Below, piece after piece: positions 1-15,115 of a DNA stretch of 64,000 bases. The translations under genes and the position numbers were made by a program. The notes below the pieces were generated by a model. It was not told where the DNA came from. It made no database searches and was given only the letters and a program-made list of their open reading frames with translations. Source of the stretch: Octopus sinensis (Eukaryota); contig NC_043021.1 in the NCBI RefSeq assembly GCF_006345805.1, positions 23,126,001-23,190,000 of the forward strand, written 5' to 3'. Numbering within the stretch: the stretch's first letter is position 1; every line of letters starts with the position of its first letter.

Positions 1-814
1 CTTTTACGCTAAATAAACACATGCACGCAAATATATACATACTTATATATTTTTTTTAAATTGGTAGACGGAAACAAAGTGATTCATTATATCTACACAA
101 GCATCACTAAATTCAACATTTGCTTGCGATATTTTTCTTCTTGATACACATCTAATAATTTTCTTCTTGTGATATCTCGTGCTGCATAAAACAAGAAGAT
201 TCATAATCAGATTTGAGTCATGGACATCTAAATCAGAGCTGAAGATTGATTTTTTTTTCTCTCCTTATTTTCTTTTTTCTTTGATAACGAGTTTCCTTTT
301 TTTTTTTTTTGACTGTATTATTCTCCGCCATTAATCTTATAGAGGCTTTTCTTGTCAAAAACTTAGGCTGACATATCAGTTTTGACTTTTTTTTTTATAA
401 ATTTGATATATTTTCCTCAGCAAAGTTCTCGGTTGCATCGTCTTTTATTTGTTGTTTCTAAGCATCTTTAAATACAAAGTAATAAGTTGTCTCATTTGTT
501 TTCTGACTTTTATCAAATAGACATACAACGGCTTTCTACTCTCATACACTGCCGGCATCTCTATATTTAGAGTAAATATAATCTGTATATTTACTCCTCT
601 TCTATCTTTTACGTAATTGAGTAATTAGGTACGACCATACTGGAGTACTGTCGTGCATAGTATAGAAAAAAGAATGGCCTCCAGTAATTATTTAAAATTA
701 TGGTATTTATTATATTGAGGTCTTCTGTTGATCCGCTACGTTACGACGTAAAGAAAACAACACCGGTTGGTTAGCACCTGTGGTAGCAAACAAATACGAA
801 ATTCACACACCCAA

Positions 815-1003
815 CATAGATCGTTAGCTACTACACACATTTTTTTCTCTCCTTGTTTCTCTCCTTGTTTTTTTCTGTGTATCTTTCTGTAGAAGAGCGT
901 AGGCTCGAAACGTAAAATACTTTTTCTATTCCTGAGCGTTATACATCTGTTTGTTTGTACACCACCTGCCTTCGTCTTTTGTTTAATTTCGTAAACTTTC
1001 CCC
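815..1003 (+). mobile_element. Short dispersed repeat (Penelope-like terminus/retrozyme-like), copy 1
   Basis: Shares gatcgttagct-ctacac...gaagagcgtaggctcgaaacgtaaaa...cctgagcg...cgtaaacttt with 31646-31822 and 50434-50553; ends in (TA)n. Confidence 0.6.
882..919 (+). ncRNA. Minimal type I hammerhead-like motif, copy 1
   Basis: tcttt-CTGTAGA-A-GAGC gtag GCTC-GAAACGTA-aaata; stem I has one mismatch; core A6 is U. Confidence 0.35.
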
Positions 1004-1026
1004 ATATATATATATGCATATATATG

Positions 1027-1071
<45 letters not shown>

Positions 1072-1165
1072 CTATATATGTATATGTATACATACACAGA
1101 CACTCACACACATACACACACACACACACACACACATATATGTGTGTGTGTGTGTGTGTGTGTGT
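1003..1165. repeat. Compound (TA)n/(CA)n/(TG)n microsatellite
   Basis: Direct reading. Confidence 0.95.
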
Positions 1166-2095
1166 CCATTTTGATTTTGATTTTGTTTGGACAAGTTACA
1201 AAAGCAAAGGAAATGCTAATAAAGAATTATCTAAAATTTTGACTGCCTCCTTTTTCTCAATATGCTGGCATTCTGATAGCCCATCGAAGCACGCCGTGCG
1301 AAATGCTGAGCAGAATTCCGTCTGTCTTTACATACAGAGCTCTAATTTTGCCTTTTATCCTCTTGGAGTCTATAAACTAAGAACCAGTTGCGTACAGATG
1401 GATGTTGGCTTGCTCGTCTAACCAGCGGCATGGATCATTCCAACGTTAAAACATTGCAAAGTGCATTGTGTTCAGTGATGTATAACGGCATCTAATACTC
1501 CGGTCACTCATTTCATTATGAATTGTTTTCAATATTCATTGAAGACACTTATGAATTTCATTTCTCAAACTGTCTTTCATTTCCTGATATTCTGCAGTGT
1601 TTCATATTAATTAATTCTTAATTACATGTCAGCGTTCAACCTAATTCTTTTATCTTTGTTTCTTTATCTCAGAAGAAAATTTCATTTTATTGTAATTAAA
1701 TTTTCGCATTTAAATAGTGCCCGAAAGCATTTTAATTTTTTACCTCAATAGAATTTTGTATCAATTCCTATCCTGAAGCCGTATACTTTCTGCAGCAGTG
1801 TTTTCAGTGTTTTTATCTTTTGAACTATGCTACTTAATTTAATCTATATTCAAAACCGTGAATAAAGAAAACCACAAAATCCTTTCATTGTTATTCATTT
1901 ATAACCAAGTGAAATGTATTTCGCTCTGTTTGTGTTGTTAGCTGGGTCTGATCGTAATCAAGTTGAAGGTGTTTGGTACCCTTGTTATATGTTTCGAAAC
2001 CCTATTAACTCACAATGAATAGAGTTAGGAACATATTAATGTAATTGCGTCATTGTATTGTTATTGTCCACTGGTGTTATTAATATGCTTGTAAA

Positions 2096-2305
2096 GGCGG
2101 CGAGCAGGCAGGATCGTTAGCACGCCGGGAAAAATACTTTGCGCTATATCGTCTGCCGCTATATTCTGAGTTTAGATTCCACCGAGGTTGACTTTGCTTC
2201 TTATGTTTTCGGGCTCGAACACATAAGTACCAGTTTCGCACTGGGGTCGATGTAATCGGCTCAATCCCATCCTCCAGACTGCACTTGTGACAAAAATTTG
2301 GAATC
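2096..2305 (+). mobile_element. tRNA-derived SINE family A, degenerate
   Basis: ggcggcgagc...ttagcacgccggg head, B-box-like gagtttagattcc, taagtaccag...ggggtcgatgtaatcg body. Confidence 0.8.
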
Positions 2306-2384
2306 GTTATTAATATGCGTGTGTTCTAGGTCTCCAATTTAGTTTACTGTCGTATACGACGGGTGATTGTTCCTGTTTTCTTCT

Positions 2385-2551
2385 TGTTCTTCCTCTCCTT
2401 CTTCTTCTTCTTCTTCTTCTTCTTCTTCTTCTTCTTCTTCTTCTTCTTCTTCTTCTACTTCTTCTTCTTCTCTTCTTCCTCTTCTTCTTTTCTTCTTCTT
2501 CTTCTTCTTCTTCTTCTTCTTCTTCTTCTTCTTCTTCTTCTTCTTCTTCTT
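2385..2551. repeat. (CTT)n microsatellite
   Basis: Direct reading. Confidence 0.95.
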
Positions 2552-2840
2552 CCAGTCAGGACTCGCGCCATTAGCCACAAAGAATAATCTCTAATTCGAG
2601 CCTCCTCTAAGCTACTAAGAATGCGCGTGGCAACTTGAAGATCCACCCACCACATGCAATAGACTGGCATTGCACGGGTGCGAAAGCTACGTTTTTATCC
2701 TCATTCTGTAAACGGTGGCATTTAACGGGTGGAGAGCTGAACCATCCTGGGGTACAGAGGTTTCACTAGGGTCTGAAAGTTTAGCACACCATAGTGATTT
2801 ACACCATGGGTTCTCTGCTTTGTGGCAGAAGTAGAACGAA

Positions 2841-2997
2841 AGAGTGAGAGAAAGTTGTGGTGAAAGAGTACAACGGGGTTTATCCCCCCCACCACCACCA
2901 CCGCCAGTATCTCGTGGAGCTCAGGCGTTTTTGCTCAATAAACACTCACAATGCTCGGTCTGCGAATCGAAACCGCGTTCTTACGACTGCGAGGCCG
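2841..2997 (-). mobile_element. SINE family B, partial
   Basis: Reverse complement of the head/body of 35310-35694. Confidence 0.8.
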
Positions 2998-3039
2998 TGG
3001 TGATTGTGGTGGTGATGGTGATGGTGATGGTGTTGTGGA

Positions 3040-3072
<33 letters not shown>

Positions 3073-5180
3073 TGGTGGCGGTGGTGGTGGTGGTGGAAAT
3101 AAGGCTGACATCTGCTGCGGCCGCGATGATAGCGTCAGACACGGTGGTGGTTGTGGTAGTGGTTTTTTTGGTGGTGGTGGTGGTGGTGGTGGTAGATCTA
3201 GTTCAGATGACGCTCATATATGATAGAAGCCCTGGTACACTTAGTCGTATGTCGAGTTCATTTGGCGGTGGTGGCGGTGTTGGCAGTGGTGGCGGTGGTG
3301 GCGGTGGTGGCGGTGTTGGCGGTGGTAATTCTAGTGTTGTGGTTGTGGTGGTGATGGCTGTGGTGCCACTGGTGGTGATGGCATGGCGGAGGTGGTCGTG
3401 ATTGTGACGGTAAAGCGCATGGTGGTGGTGGCGGTAGTGATGATGAGGATGATGTTGATAGTGGTGGCGGTGGTGGATTTGATTCTGGTTTGATATTAGA
3501 GGTGGTGATGGTGGTGGTGGAGGTGGTGGTGATAGTGGTGACGCTGATGGTGGTGGTTTTGGTTATGACGTTGGTTGTGATGGTGGTGGTGGTTGGTGCG
3601 GCGGTGGTGCTGGTGCTGTTTGTGGTGGCGGTGGTAGTGTCTTCGGTGTGATGGTTGTGGTGGAGGTGGTGGTGGTGGTGGTGGTGGTGGTGGTGGTGGT
3701 AGTGTCTTCGGTGTGATGGTTGTGGTGGTGGTGGAGGTGTGGTCGAGGTGGTGGTGGTATTAGTGGTGACGGTGATGGTGGTGGTTTTGGTTATGACGTT
3801 AGTAGTGGTAGTGATGGTGGTTGGTGCGGTGGTGGCGGTGGTGGTGCTGTTGGTGGTGGTGCTGTTGGTGGTGGCGGTGGTAGTGTCTTCGATGTGATGG
3901 TTGTGGTTGTGGTGGCGGTGGTGGTGGTGGTGCTGTTGGTGAGGTGGTGGTGGTGGTGGTGGTGCTGTTGGTGGTGGCGGTGGTAGTGTCTTCGGTGTGA
4001 TGGTTGTGGTTGTGGTGGAGGTGGTGGTATTAGTGGTGACGGTGATGGTTGTGGTTTTGGTTATGACGTTGGTAGTGGTAGTGATGGTGGTGGTGGTGGT
4101 GGTGGTTCGTGCGGTGGTGGTGGTGGTGGTGCTGCTGTTGGTGGTGGCGGTGGTAGTGTCTTCGGTGTGATGGTTGTGGTTGTGGTGGAGGTGGTAGTAT
4201 TAGTGATGACGGTGATGGTTATGGTCTTGGTTATGACGTTGGTAGTGGTAGTGATGGTGGTGGTGGTGGTGGTAGTGGTGGTGGTGGTGTTGGTGGTGGT
4301 GGTAGTGGTGGTGGTGGTTGTGGCGTTGATGTTAATTCTGATAGAATTGAGGTTGAGCTTCGAATGTATTAAGATAAACAATTGTCGCTATTTACCCTGG
4401 CGGCACTCACGAGTGAAACATATTAAATCAATCAATATAATTAGTGCACCTAATTAAAAAAAAAAGACTGAAATTCTCTATGAACAAGTTTACCCAAGAG
4501 AGCGGGGTGGGGTGGGGGTGGGATGAGTGAATTGGTGGTGATGGTGGTGGTGGTGGTGGTGGTGGTGGTGGACGTGTTGGCGGGTGGTGGTGGTGGTGGT
4601 GGACGTGTAGGTACTGGTGCAGGTTGTAGTGGTGGTGGTGGTTGTGGTGGTAGTTGTGGTTGTGGTGGTGGTGGTGGTTGTGATGGTGGTGGTGGTGGTG
4701 GTGGTTGTGGTTGTGGTGGTAGTGGTGGTGGTGTTTGTGGTGGTGGTGGTGGTGGTGGACGTGTTGGCGGCTTAGGTACTGGTGCAGGTTGTGGTGGTGG
4801 TGGTGGTCGTCGTCATGTTTGTGTTGTTGGTGTAGATGGTAGTGGTTGTAATGATGATGGTGTCGATGATGTTGGATGTGAGGGGATCATGTTGGTGTGG
4901 TGGTTATAGTAGTCGTAGTTGTAGCACTGGTGGTGAAAGTGGAGCTGGTGTTTCGGCAATGAAGTTGTGGGGTTGGTGTTGGTGGTCGTGTGGACGGTGG
5001 TAATGATGGCGATGATGTTGTTGTTGTTGTTATTTGTGGCATGGAGGAAGTGGTTGTGTTTTTGTGACAATGACGCTAGTAGTGGTGGTGGTTGTGGTGG
5101 TGGCGGCGGCGTTTGTGGTGATGATGTTAATAATGGTGGTGCGAAGGTGGTGCTGATTCTGGTGTAAATGTTTGTGGTGG
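2998..5180. repeat. (GGT)n-based low-complexity tract with higher-order repeats
   Basis: Recurrent ggttatgacgtt at about 3561, 3789, 4059 and 4229; recurrent tagtgtcttcggtgtgatgg. Confidence 0.9.
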
Positions 5181-6716
5181 TGTGGTGTCGGAGGTAGATT
5201 TCAAAAACTTCCAGATTTCTAAAGTAATTCTTATAACCGTATTTCGAAAAGTGAAGTGGAAAACTTATGCTCTAGGCTCAGATTCTCCCATATTAAACAA
5301 GGCGGAAATTCATCTAAAATTTTGCCAAGCATCCCCACCCCATCAGCACACACTGATGAACCACTAAGCACACTCAGCAATTAAAGTCTCGTTCTTTCTT
5401 GTACGACAAAGCAGAACTGCCCCACCACCAAAAAACAAAAACAAAAAACAAACAAATATATAAATCGAAATGTAAAAAGAACCCAACACTATGATTTAAC
5501 CATTTTAGAGCGGAAATCACATATTAGGTGTCAAATTTCTTTGATTAGAGAAAGTTGCTTTATAGATCACTGTCTATTTTGTTGAGGAACGTTGCTTTGG
5601 AAATCTGTGTTCCGTTGAGATATGGCAAATTTGCTAAAGCAACGTGACTTGTAAAAAATGTCAATTCTGCTTAGTTTAGATTCCTTATTTCTCTCTTTCT
5701 TTGCTAGATATTTACTAGTATTACCAAGATAAACGTGGCATTTGATAACCCAGTTAAAGGATTCCTTAGAACTGTTTTCCTGTAGTGTCAAGGATGCATG
5801 CGTTACATGGGAAGACAAATGTTTTTGGTATTTCGTTATTCCAGCGTTCTATGCGTAACATTCTTGTTTTGTGTTAAATTTGTATGAAGAGGTCAGAAAT
5901 CAGCACCCCATGAAATTTAGGCTTGCCTTTTATGATACACTCACATGGCTGTCTGATGCATCGTGATTTCGTGAAAATTAAAGTAGCAGCATTGTCGAAA
6001 ACTAAAGACTTATGTCTTTATGAAAGCAAGAATGCATATATGTAAGCAATTACGAATGAATGTATTTATGTATACATATGTATTTACAAATATGCATATC
6101 GATTTAAGATCTCAGCAAGCATATAGACATACATACATACACACACACAAACACACACGTACACCCATATCTATATTCTTAAATATACATATATGTGTGT
6201 GGGTGTGTATGTGTATGGATGTGTCTATGTATATATGTATATATGTATAATACAGGCATATTCACCATTGTGAATGTTCCGTGCATAAATTTTTCAAGTG
6301 GGTGTATATATGTATGTATCTATGAATGCATACAGAACATTCAGATATACATACATTCACACACACATAGATATATGCATATATATGCATTAATTATGTG
6401 TACATGTCTCTTTCTCTCTATACGTATATATACATATATAGAATATACATATATACATATACGTGTATATGTGTGTATATATGTATATATATAAGTATAT
6501 ATCTATATCTATATATAAATATGTTTGTATATTTGTATATATGTATATATTTATAAATACAGACACACACACACACATATATACATATGCCTCTGTGTGC
6601 ATGTCTGTATGCCTACATAAATGTGCACGCTTGTGTGTGCTTGTGTGCGTGTGTGTGTCTGTGTGCATGTGTGTATGTGTGTCTGTCTGTGTGTGTATGT
6701 GTGAGTAATTGTTTAC

Positions 6717-6794
6717 CTCTATTTTAGTGACTTTCTTGAATCGATTCAAAGCGCCCTCAGCTAAAATTGAACTTAATTCTTTCATAACTCGCAG
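6717..6794 (-). CDS. Candidate 78-nt exon (LRVMKELSSILAEGALNRFKKVTKIE)
   Basis: Acceptor ttcattcgttaaatttag, donor AG|gtaaac; length divisible by 3; only one open frame; product not recognised. Confidence 0.3.
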
Positions 6795-7104
6795 CTAAAT
6801 TTAACGAATGAAAGGAAAAATACAATAAACCAAATTATTATTATCGTTAATATTGCTTATTTATTTATTTATATATTTATTTATTCTCATGTTTTTTGCT
6901 ATTAATATTGTTTTTTTCTCTTGTTTTTTTTTTATAAAATAGGTGTTGTTGATATTGGTATTTCTTCTTGTAATTTTTATTGCATATGTTGTTTTGTTTT
7001 GGTAGTTTTTGTCTTGGGTTTGGATGAAAATAAATAATTTTTGTATGGAATAAGAAAAAAAAAAGAAAAAAAAAAGGGAAATGTATTTTATTAAGAAGCT
7101 GAAA

Positions 7105-7255
7105 ACGATGAGGACGACGACGACGTCCAAGGGGATGGGGAGAGGGTGACGGTGGGTGACAGTACTGACGGCGCCGACATAGAAAACAAGTAAGAGGGTG
7201 ATGAGGTCGAGGATATAGATGATGACAACGAAGATGATGACGACGACAATGATGA

Positions 7256-7289
<34 letters not shown>

Positions 7290-7314
7290 GGTGGTGGTGG
7301 TGGTGGAGGCGGGT

Positions 7315-7345
<31 letters not shown>

Positions 7346-7769
7346 GTATGATGATGATGATGGTAAAGGTTATGATGACGATGATTGTGGTTGGTGATGG
7401 TGAAGGTTATGGGGATGATGATGATGACGGTGATGTCGGTGATGATGATGATGAGGAGGTGGAGAGGAGTAGGAGGATGCTGATGACGGTAGTGATGATG
7501 ATGATGATTATGATGACTATGATGGTGAAATGATGACGATGATTATAATGGTGATGATGAGGATGATGTGGATCATGATGATGATGAGGAGGATAATGAT
7601 GATGATGATGATGGTGGTAGTGATGGTGATTATGATAATGCTGATGAGGAGGTGGAAGCGGATCATTGCAGCGGCAATACTGATAATGATAATATTAACA
7701 GGATAATCAATATGATGATGATCATGACTCTCATCCTGATGGTGATGATCATGATCATGAAGATAATGA

Positions 7770-7819
<50 letters not shown>

Positions 7820-7830
7820 GATGATGATGA
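7105..7830. repeat. (GAT)n/(GGT)n low-complexity tract
   Basis: Direct reading. Confidence 0.9.
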
Positions 7831-8124
7831 TGACGGTCCACGGTTATCAACAGACGCAGCAACAACAACCGCAACAATTACAGTAACAATGTCAGAGAAA
7901 GAAACTTTTAAGAATTCATTTAGGTTTTCTCGTCGATAAAATAATTGCAAAATTAAACGAAATACGAATTTGGAAAGTAAACATTTGTAATTTGTAATTT
8001 GCTATTAATTATTGGTTATTGATACATTCTTACACCCCTCTGTCGTTCTTTCTCATTCTCTGTCTCTATCTTTTCCCATGTCCCTTTTCGTCCCTATTTA
8101 TAAATACATATTTATATACATATG

Positions 8125-8363
8125 TGGAGGCGCAATGGCCCAGTGGTTAGGGCAGCGGACTCGCGGTTTCGATTCCCAGACTGGGCGTTGTGAGTGTTTA
8201 TTGAGCGAAAACACCTAAAAAATTACTCCACTAGGCTCTGGCAGAGGGTGGCGGTGATCCCTGCTGTACTCTTTCGCCACAACTTTCTCTCACACTTTCT
8301 TCTGTTGACCTGCTAGCTTAGCCAGCGGGGTGGCGTCACTTGAAGGCTAAAACAATGCTAAGC
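8125..8363 (+). mobile_element. SINE family B head with alternative tail (beta)
   Basis: ggaggcgcaatggcccagtggttagggcagcggactcgcgg head; tail ttagccagcggggtggcgtcacttgaaggctaaaacaatgc matches 40663-40968. Confidence 0.85.
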
Positions 8364-9149
8364 AGTTCAGATAAAGATTTAAAAGACAAAGAAGAAAAAG
8401 AAAGAAAACAAAAGAGAGTCATAACAAAAGCGAAAGAAGAACAAGGAAAACAGTTCAATAAAAAGAGTAACAAAAAAGATTGAAGAAGGAAAGAAAACAC
8501 AACAAGCACAATATCTCCCGGCCACTCGGTAATCCATGTCTATTTGGTAATCCAACTTGAACCCGGAACGCCACAATATGGAACACATCTTCCACAAAAT
8601 CTGGTGAAAAAAGTTGTATATTCAGGGAATTCTCACAAGTTTTGAAAAAAAAAAAACTATTCACTAAATAGAACAAATTTTTGGAAGCAAAATACGCCCC
8701 CAAAAAACAATTCTCACAATTAAGTGAGAAAAACTATTCCATCAACTGTAGCTAGACCAGAGTCTAGAATCCAGTGAGGACTTCTTGTTTGCACATGCAC
8801 AAATAATTACGGCAAACAACAAACCACCACTTGAACACAAGAAAAAACAAAAGTTTATCCTTACAGTTGAGTTTCTTTTACAATCAATTTTCGCCCGCAG
8901 AAAAGCAGCGTGACGACTTCTATTCAGTGGTACGAACAACACTGACAACACGCATGAGCAGTGGGAAGCAAGCGTCTTACCACGTACCCACTCCTTCGCC
9001 CCTTTCTCTCTCTCTCTCTCTCAATAAAAATCGTTCCCTTATTTCTTACCAATTTATGCTTATATGGCTCCCAGATACAACAAAAAATAAAGCTACTCCT
9101 TTGGGCCTCATTAAATGTTATGTCTTTGTACATTCGCCACCGTTGTTGG

Positions 9150-9394
9150 CGTTGAGATCATCAGCATCGTCTACGTCACCATCCTCGACGTCGTCGTCGT
9201 CGTCGTCATCATAGTCGTCTTCATCATCGTCACCATCATCATCGTCGTCGTCGCTGCTGGCGGCGTCGTCAGCGTCGTCTTGGGGTTTCATCATGATGTC
9301 CCTATTGCCGTCTTCACCATCGTTGTCGTCACATGTGTCGGGATCACCAGCGTCGGCGACACCCTCTTCAATATCGTTGCAGTCATCCTCCTAC

Positions 9395-9445
<51 letters not shown>

Positions 9446-9580
9446 CCATCTTCGTCGTGGTTGTCATCATCGCATGCATATTAAAAATTATCATCATTGT
9501 CATCAACATCATCAGGAGCAAAGTCATGAGAGATAGCAATATATTTGCTATGATTAACATTGCCATCAGCATCAACGACA
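9150..9580. repeat. (CAT)n/(CGT)n low-complexity tract
   Basis: Direct reading. Confidence 0.9.
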
Positions 9581-9779
9581 AGGCTACATAATGCAGTATT
9601 GTTATCGAAGTGTTTAAATATATTCGATCATTGAATACACATGATCGATTACTATACGTAACTATGCTTGCTTGACCACGTCTGTCAACGAATATTTTTG
9701 TGCTCACATCAAAAATATATAATGGCATAAATATGATAAATATGTGTGCGAATATATTTACATACATGCAGAAACACAC

Positions 9780-11450
<1,671 letters not shown>

Positions 11451-12254
11451 TCTATTTATTTTCTATTGCAATATCGACAATTCATTCTTGCCTGAGAAAA
11501 TATCGCAAAAATCGAAGCTCCATTGTTTTTGTTTGTTTTGATTATCTTTGCGTTATGCATTATTACTGCTGTTTATTGTTATTACTGTTTGTTGTTGTTT
11601 GTGTTAATGTTGGCGTTGAACAAGTATTGGTGTTAATGTTGTTGTTGTTGCTGCTGTAGGAGTTTGTTGGTTTTGCAATATATCTTCTTACATAGTTCAT
11701 AAATTATCAACAATCACAAATGTGAATGTCTTGAATTACATTTCTATCTTCAGTGATCCTTGAACGGTGTGTGTATACACATCATCCGATGAAAAATATC
11801 TTCCGCTTTGATAGCGGACTACACAATTTGTGTTGAAAATAGGTAAACAATAATGATGAGAGAAAAATATGATGCGGGGAATATTAAAAACTTCCATCTG
11901 ATAACCCGTTTCTCGCTTTGTTTGTCAATCAGAAATTCCGCCTTTCATCTCATTTTTAGTTTTGTTGATCGATGCTAATTCCCCAGGCAGCTGGAAACTT
12001 GTTATTTGCTGCTAGAAACAAATATGAACTTCCCAGAGCGCTTAGAGTCGTTTGAACTCGTCGGAAATATCTGGCGAATGCACGTCCTAGATTTATATCT
12101 CTGGGGCTCGATGAGCGTCTTTAGTTAACCGAAATGCCAGCGTACGTAAATCCACCTGTTAGAAATAAAAACCAAATGTCTTTTTACGTGTTAGATACTT
12201 TGCTTTTTAAAAGCAGAAACCAGGACATTCGGATAATATAATCATTTCTACTAT

Positions 12255-12620
12255 TTTTCTTGTTTCAGTCATTCGACTGCGGTCGTGCTAAGGTACTGCT
12301 TTTAGTCGAACAAATCGACCCCAGGACTTATTCTTTGTAAGCCAAGTACTTATTCTATCGGCTCTTTTGCCGAACCGCTCGGTTACAGGGACGTAAGCAC
12401 ACCAGCATCGGTTGTCAATCGTTATTGGGGGGAGGCAAGAGACACACAAACATATGCACACACATACATAAACATATATATGCATATACGACGAGCTTCT
12501 TTCAATTTCCGTCTACCAAATCCACTCACAAGACTTTGGTTGCCTCGAGACTATAAAAGAAGACACTTGCCCAAGTTTCCACGCTGTGGGACCGAACCAG
12601 AGACTATGTGGTCGGTAACC
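12255..12620 (-). mobile_element. SINE family C
   Basis: Reverse complement of 14314-14720 (tttcagtcattcgactgcgg...aaatccactcacaag...cacttgcccaag). Confidence 0.85.
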
Positions 12621-13559
12621 AATATATATATATATTACTGGCTAAACTGGCAAAATGACCATTCCAAAATACAACAATATATATATATATACGTGTGTGT
12701 GTGTGTGTGTATGTGTGTGTGTATGTGTGTTTGTGTGTGTGTGTGTGTTTGTGTGTGTGTATGTGCATATATATATATATATGTGTGCAAAATTTAGAGT
12801 ACTGACCATTAAAAGTGGGCAGCCTATACGCTAAATATATACGTCAAATCGCCAGTACCACGAAGAATCTGTTCTCAAGAAAAATCTCAGTAAAAAACCA
12901 AAATGTAAAAATAAACAAGACAAATGAAAATATACGAAATAAAAAACGATTTAAAAACGATTATATATATATATATATATATATATATAACAGATGTGAT
13001 ATTTTAAAAAGAAGTTATTGTGTAGATAATAAAATGTCCCCTATCTTTGATGAATAACTTTGCATATAATGTGTATGTTGTGAGTAATCGCTCTTGTTAT
13101 GCAAATTTGAACTATTGCCTATATACAAAGGAAGATGATATAACTCCTGACTTCTCTCAAAAGAGTGGAGGTCCGTTTCCGTAGCCTCTCCTAGTCGATT
13201 ATCTGTTGCGCCAAGTCAATGTTTGTTTTGTCTACGGGCGTTAGATTGCCTCGAAACCCTTGGTTACTGTAACGATTTGTGGCGACCACTGTTAGGAGCA
13301 GTGTAATCCACGCGACTGAGAACAACTGTTCTCTATCAGAATAGCTGGGTTTTATTATCTGTAATAAAGAATGCTGCTTGTTTATCTGATTGTGGAGTAT
13401 TATTTCAGATTTGTTAGAGCAATATCAATGTCTGAACAGAAATAACTGAGGACTAATACGCTATATAATAAAAGCAACACAGAAATAGAATAAAATGTAT
13501 ATATATGAATATAAATAAAACACTTTGATACACAACAATACCACACACACAAAACACAC

Positions 13560-13647
13560 ATATACACACCCAATGTACATACGATACATATATATGTATA
13601 TATATATATATATAATATATATATATATTATATATATATATATATAT

Positions 13648-13699
<52 letters not shown>

Positions 13700-13766
13700 G
13701 TAGATAGAAAGATAGATAGATAGATATACTTATATATATATATTATTATATAATATATATATATAT

Positions 13767-13804
<38 letters not shown>

Positions 13805-13972
13805 ACCTATGTATACATATTTCTATATGCATATATATATATGTATATATATTTTATATTATCGAATATATATATGTTTGTATGTATGTGTATATATATA
13901 CATATATAATATATATATATATACATATGTATATATGTGCATATAAATATATATAAGTATATATATATATGA

Positions 13973-14003
<31 letters not shown>

Positions 14004-14060
14004 TGCATATTTGTGTGTGTGCATGTTTGTGTATGTGTGTGGGCGTGCGTGCGTGTTTGT
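13560..14060. repeat. (TA)n/(GATA)n microsatellite field
   Basis: Direct reading. Confidence 0.9.
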
Positions 14061-14313
14061 GTGAGCATATCTCTATAAATAAGACGAAAGACAATCCAAC
14101 AGATACAACGACAAAGAAACACGGTGGCATAGAAACAGCGAGTGAAGATTCACAAACAAAGCAGGCATTTATAGTTCAGAAAACATAAGAATTACGCAGT
14201 AATCCCTTTCTGATTGATGGGAGTCCAAAATTGGAAACTCTACTGCAAACTATTGGTGTATATATCCTCGCGTTCTGGAGCGATTTGTAAAGATCTTCGA
14301 TTGTTGTATCTAT

Positions 14314-14720
14314 GCGCAGGATTGGCTGTGTGGTAAGTAGCTTGCTTACCAACCACATGGTTCCGGGTTCAGTCCCACTGCATGGCATCTTGGGCAAGTG
14401 TCTTCTACTATAGCCTCGGGCCAACCAAAGCCTTGTGAGTGGATTTGGTAGACGGAAACTAAAAGAAGCCCGTCGTATATATGTATGTATATATATATGT
14501 GTTTGTGTGTCTGTGTTTGTCCCCCTAGCATTGCTTGACAACCGATGCTGGTGTGTTTACGTCACCGTCACCTAGCGGTTCGGCAAAAGAGACCGATAGA
14601 ATAAGTACAGGGCTTACAAAGAATAAGTCCTGGGGTCGATTTGCTCGATTAAAGGCAGTGCTCCAGCATGGCCGCAGTCAAACGACTGAAACAAGTAAAA
14701 GAGTAAAGAGTAAAGAGAGT
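14314..14720 (+). mobile_element. SINE family C, near full length (CORE-like block, internal TA/TG tract)
   Basis: tggctgtgtggtaag A box, ggttcagtccc B-box-like, cttgggcaagtgtcttctactatagcc block, (AAGAGT)n tail. Confidence 0.9.
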
Positions 14721-15115
14721 ATGCACGAACAACACATACGCAATGATGCACAATCATAGACACGCATCCAGAGAGTGCAGTAACATTGATGCAAGGAAGG
14801 TACCACGTTTATGTACGTATGTATGCATGTATGTATACGATAGCGGATGGAAATTTTTATAGGCTTATATGATTTTGAACGTACACATGTACACATACAT
14901 ATATGGATATATACATATATATATTTTTAATAATATATTATTATTATTATTAATATTAGGAAATCATTATCAAAATTCCTCGGAAAGATATATATACATG
15001 TGAAAAATAATTGTTGTATTAAAATGTGTAAATATATAAATATAAATATGTATAAAAATATATGTAAATATGTATAAATAAACAATGTATATTGACAGTT
15101 TAAGTTATGAATTAA

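Noticed and set aside
100-600. Coding-like minus-strand text
   Set aside because: Stops in all frames and no recognisable motif.
2552-2830. Possible RTE 3' end before the GAA tail
   Set aside because: No convincing motif in translation.
4396-4449. Minus-strand exon-like segment (ALIILIDLICFT)
   Set aside because: Two competing donors and no homology; such signals are common in AT-rich DNA.
12050-12155. Strong minus-strand acceptor tttctaacag|G
   Set aside because: All three frames close within about 20 codons; no donor found.
13268-13420. LTR-like start TGTAAC with AATAAA
   Set aside because: No matching CA end or TSD.
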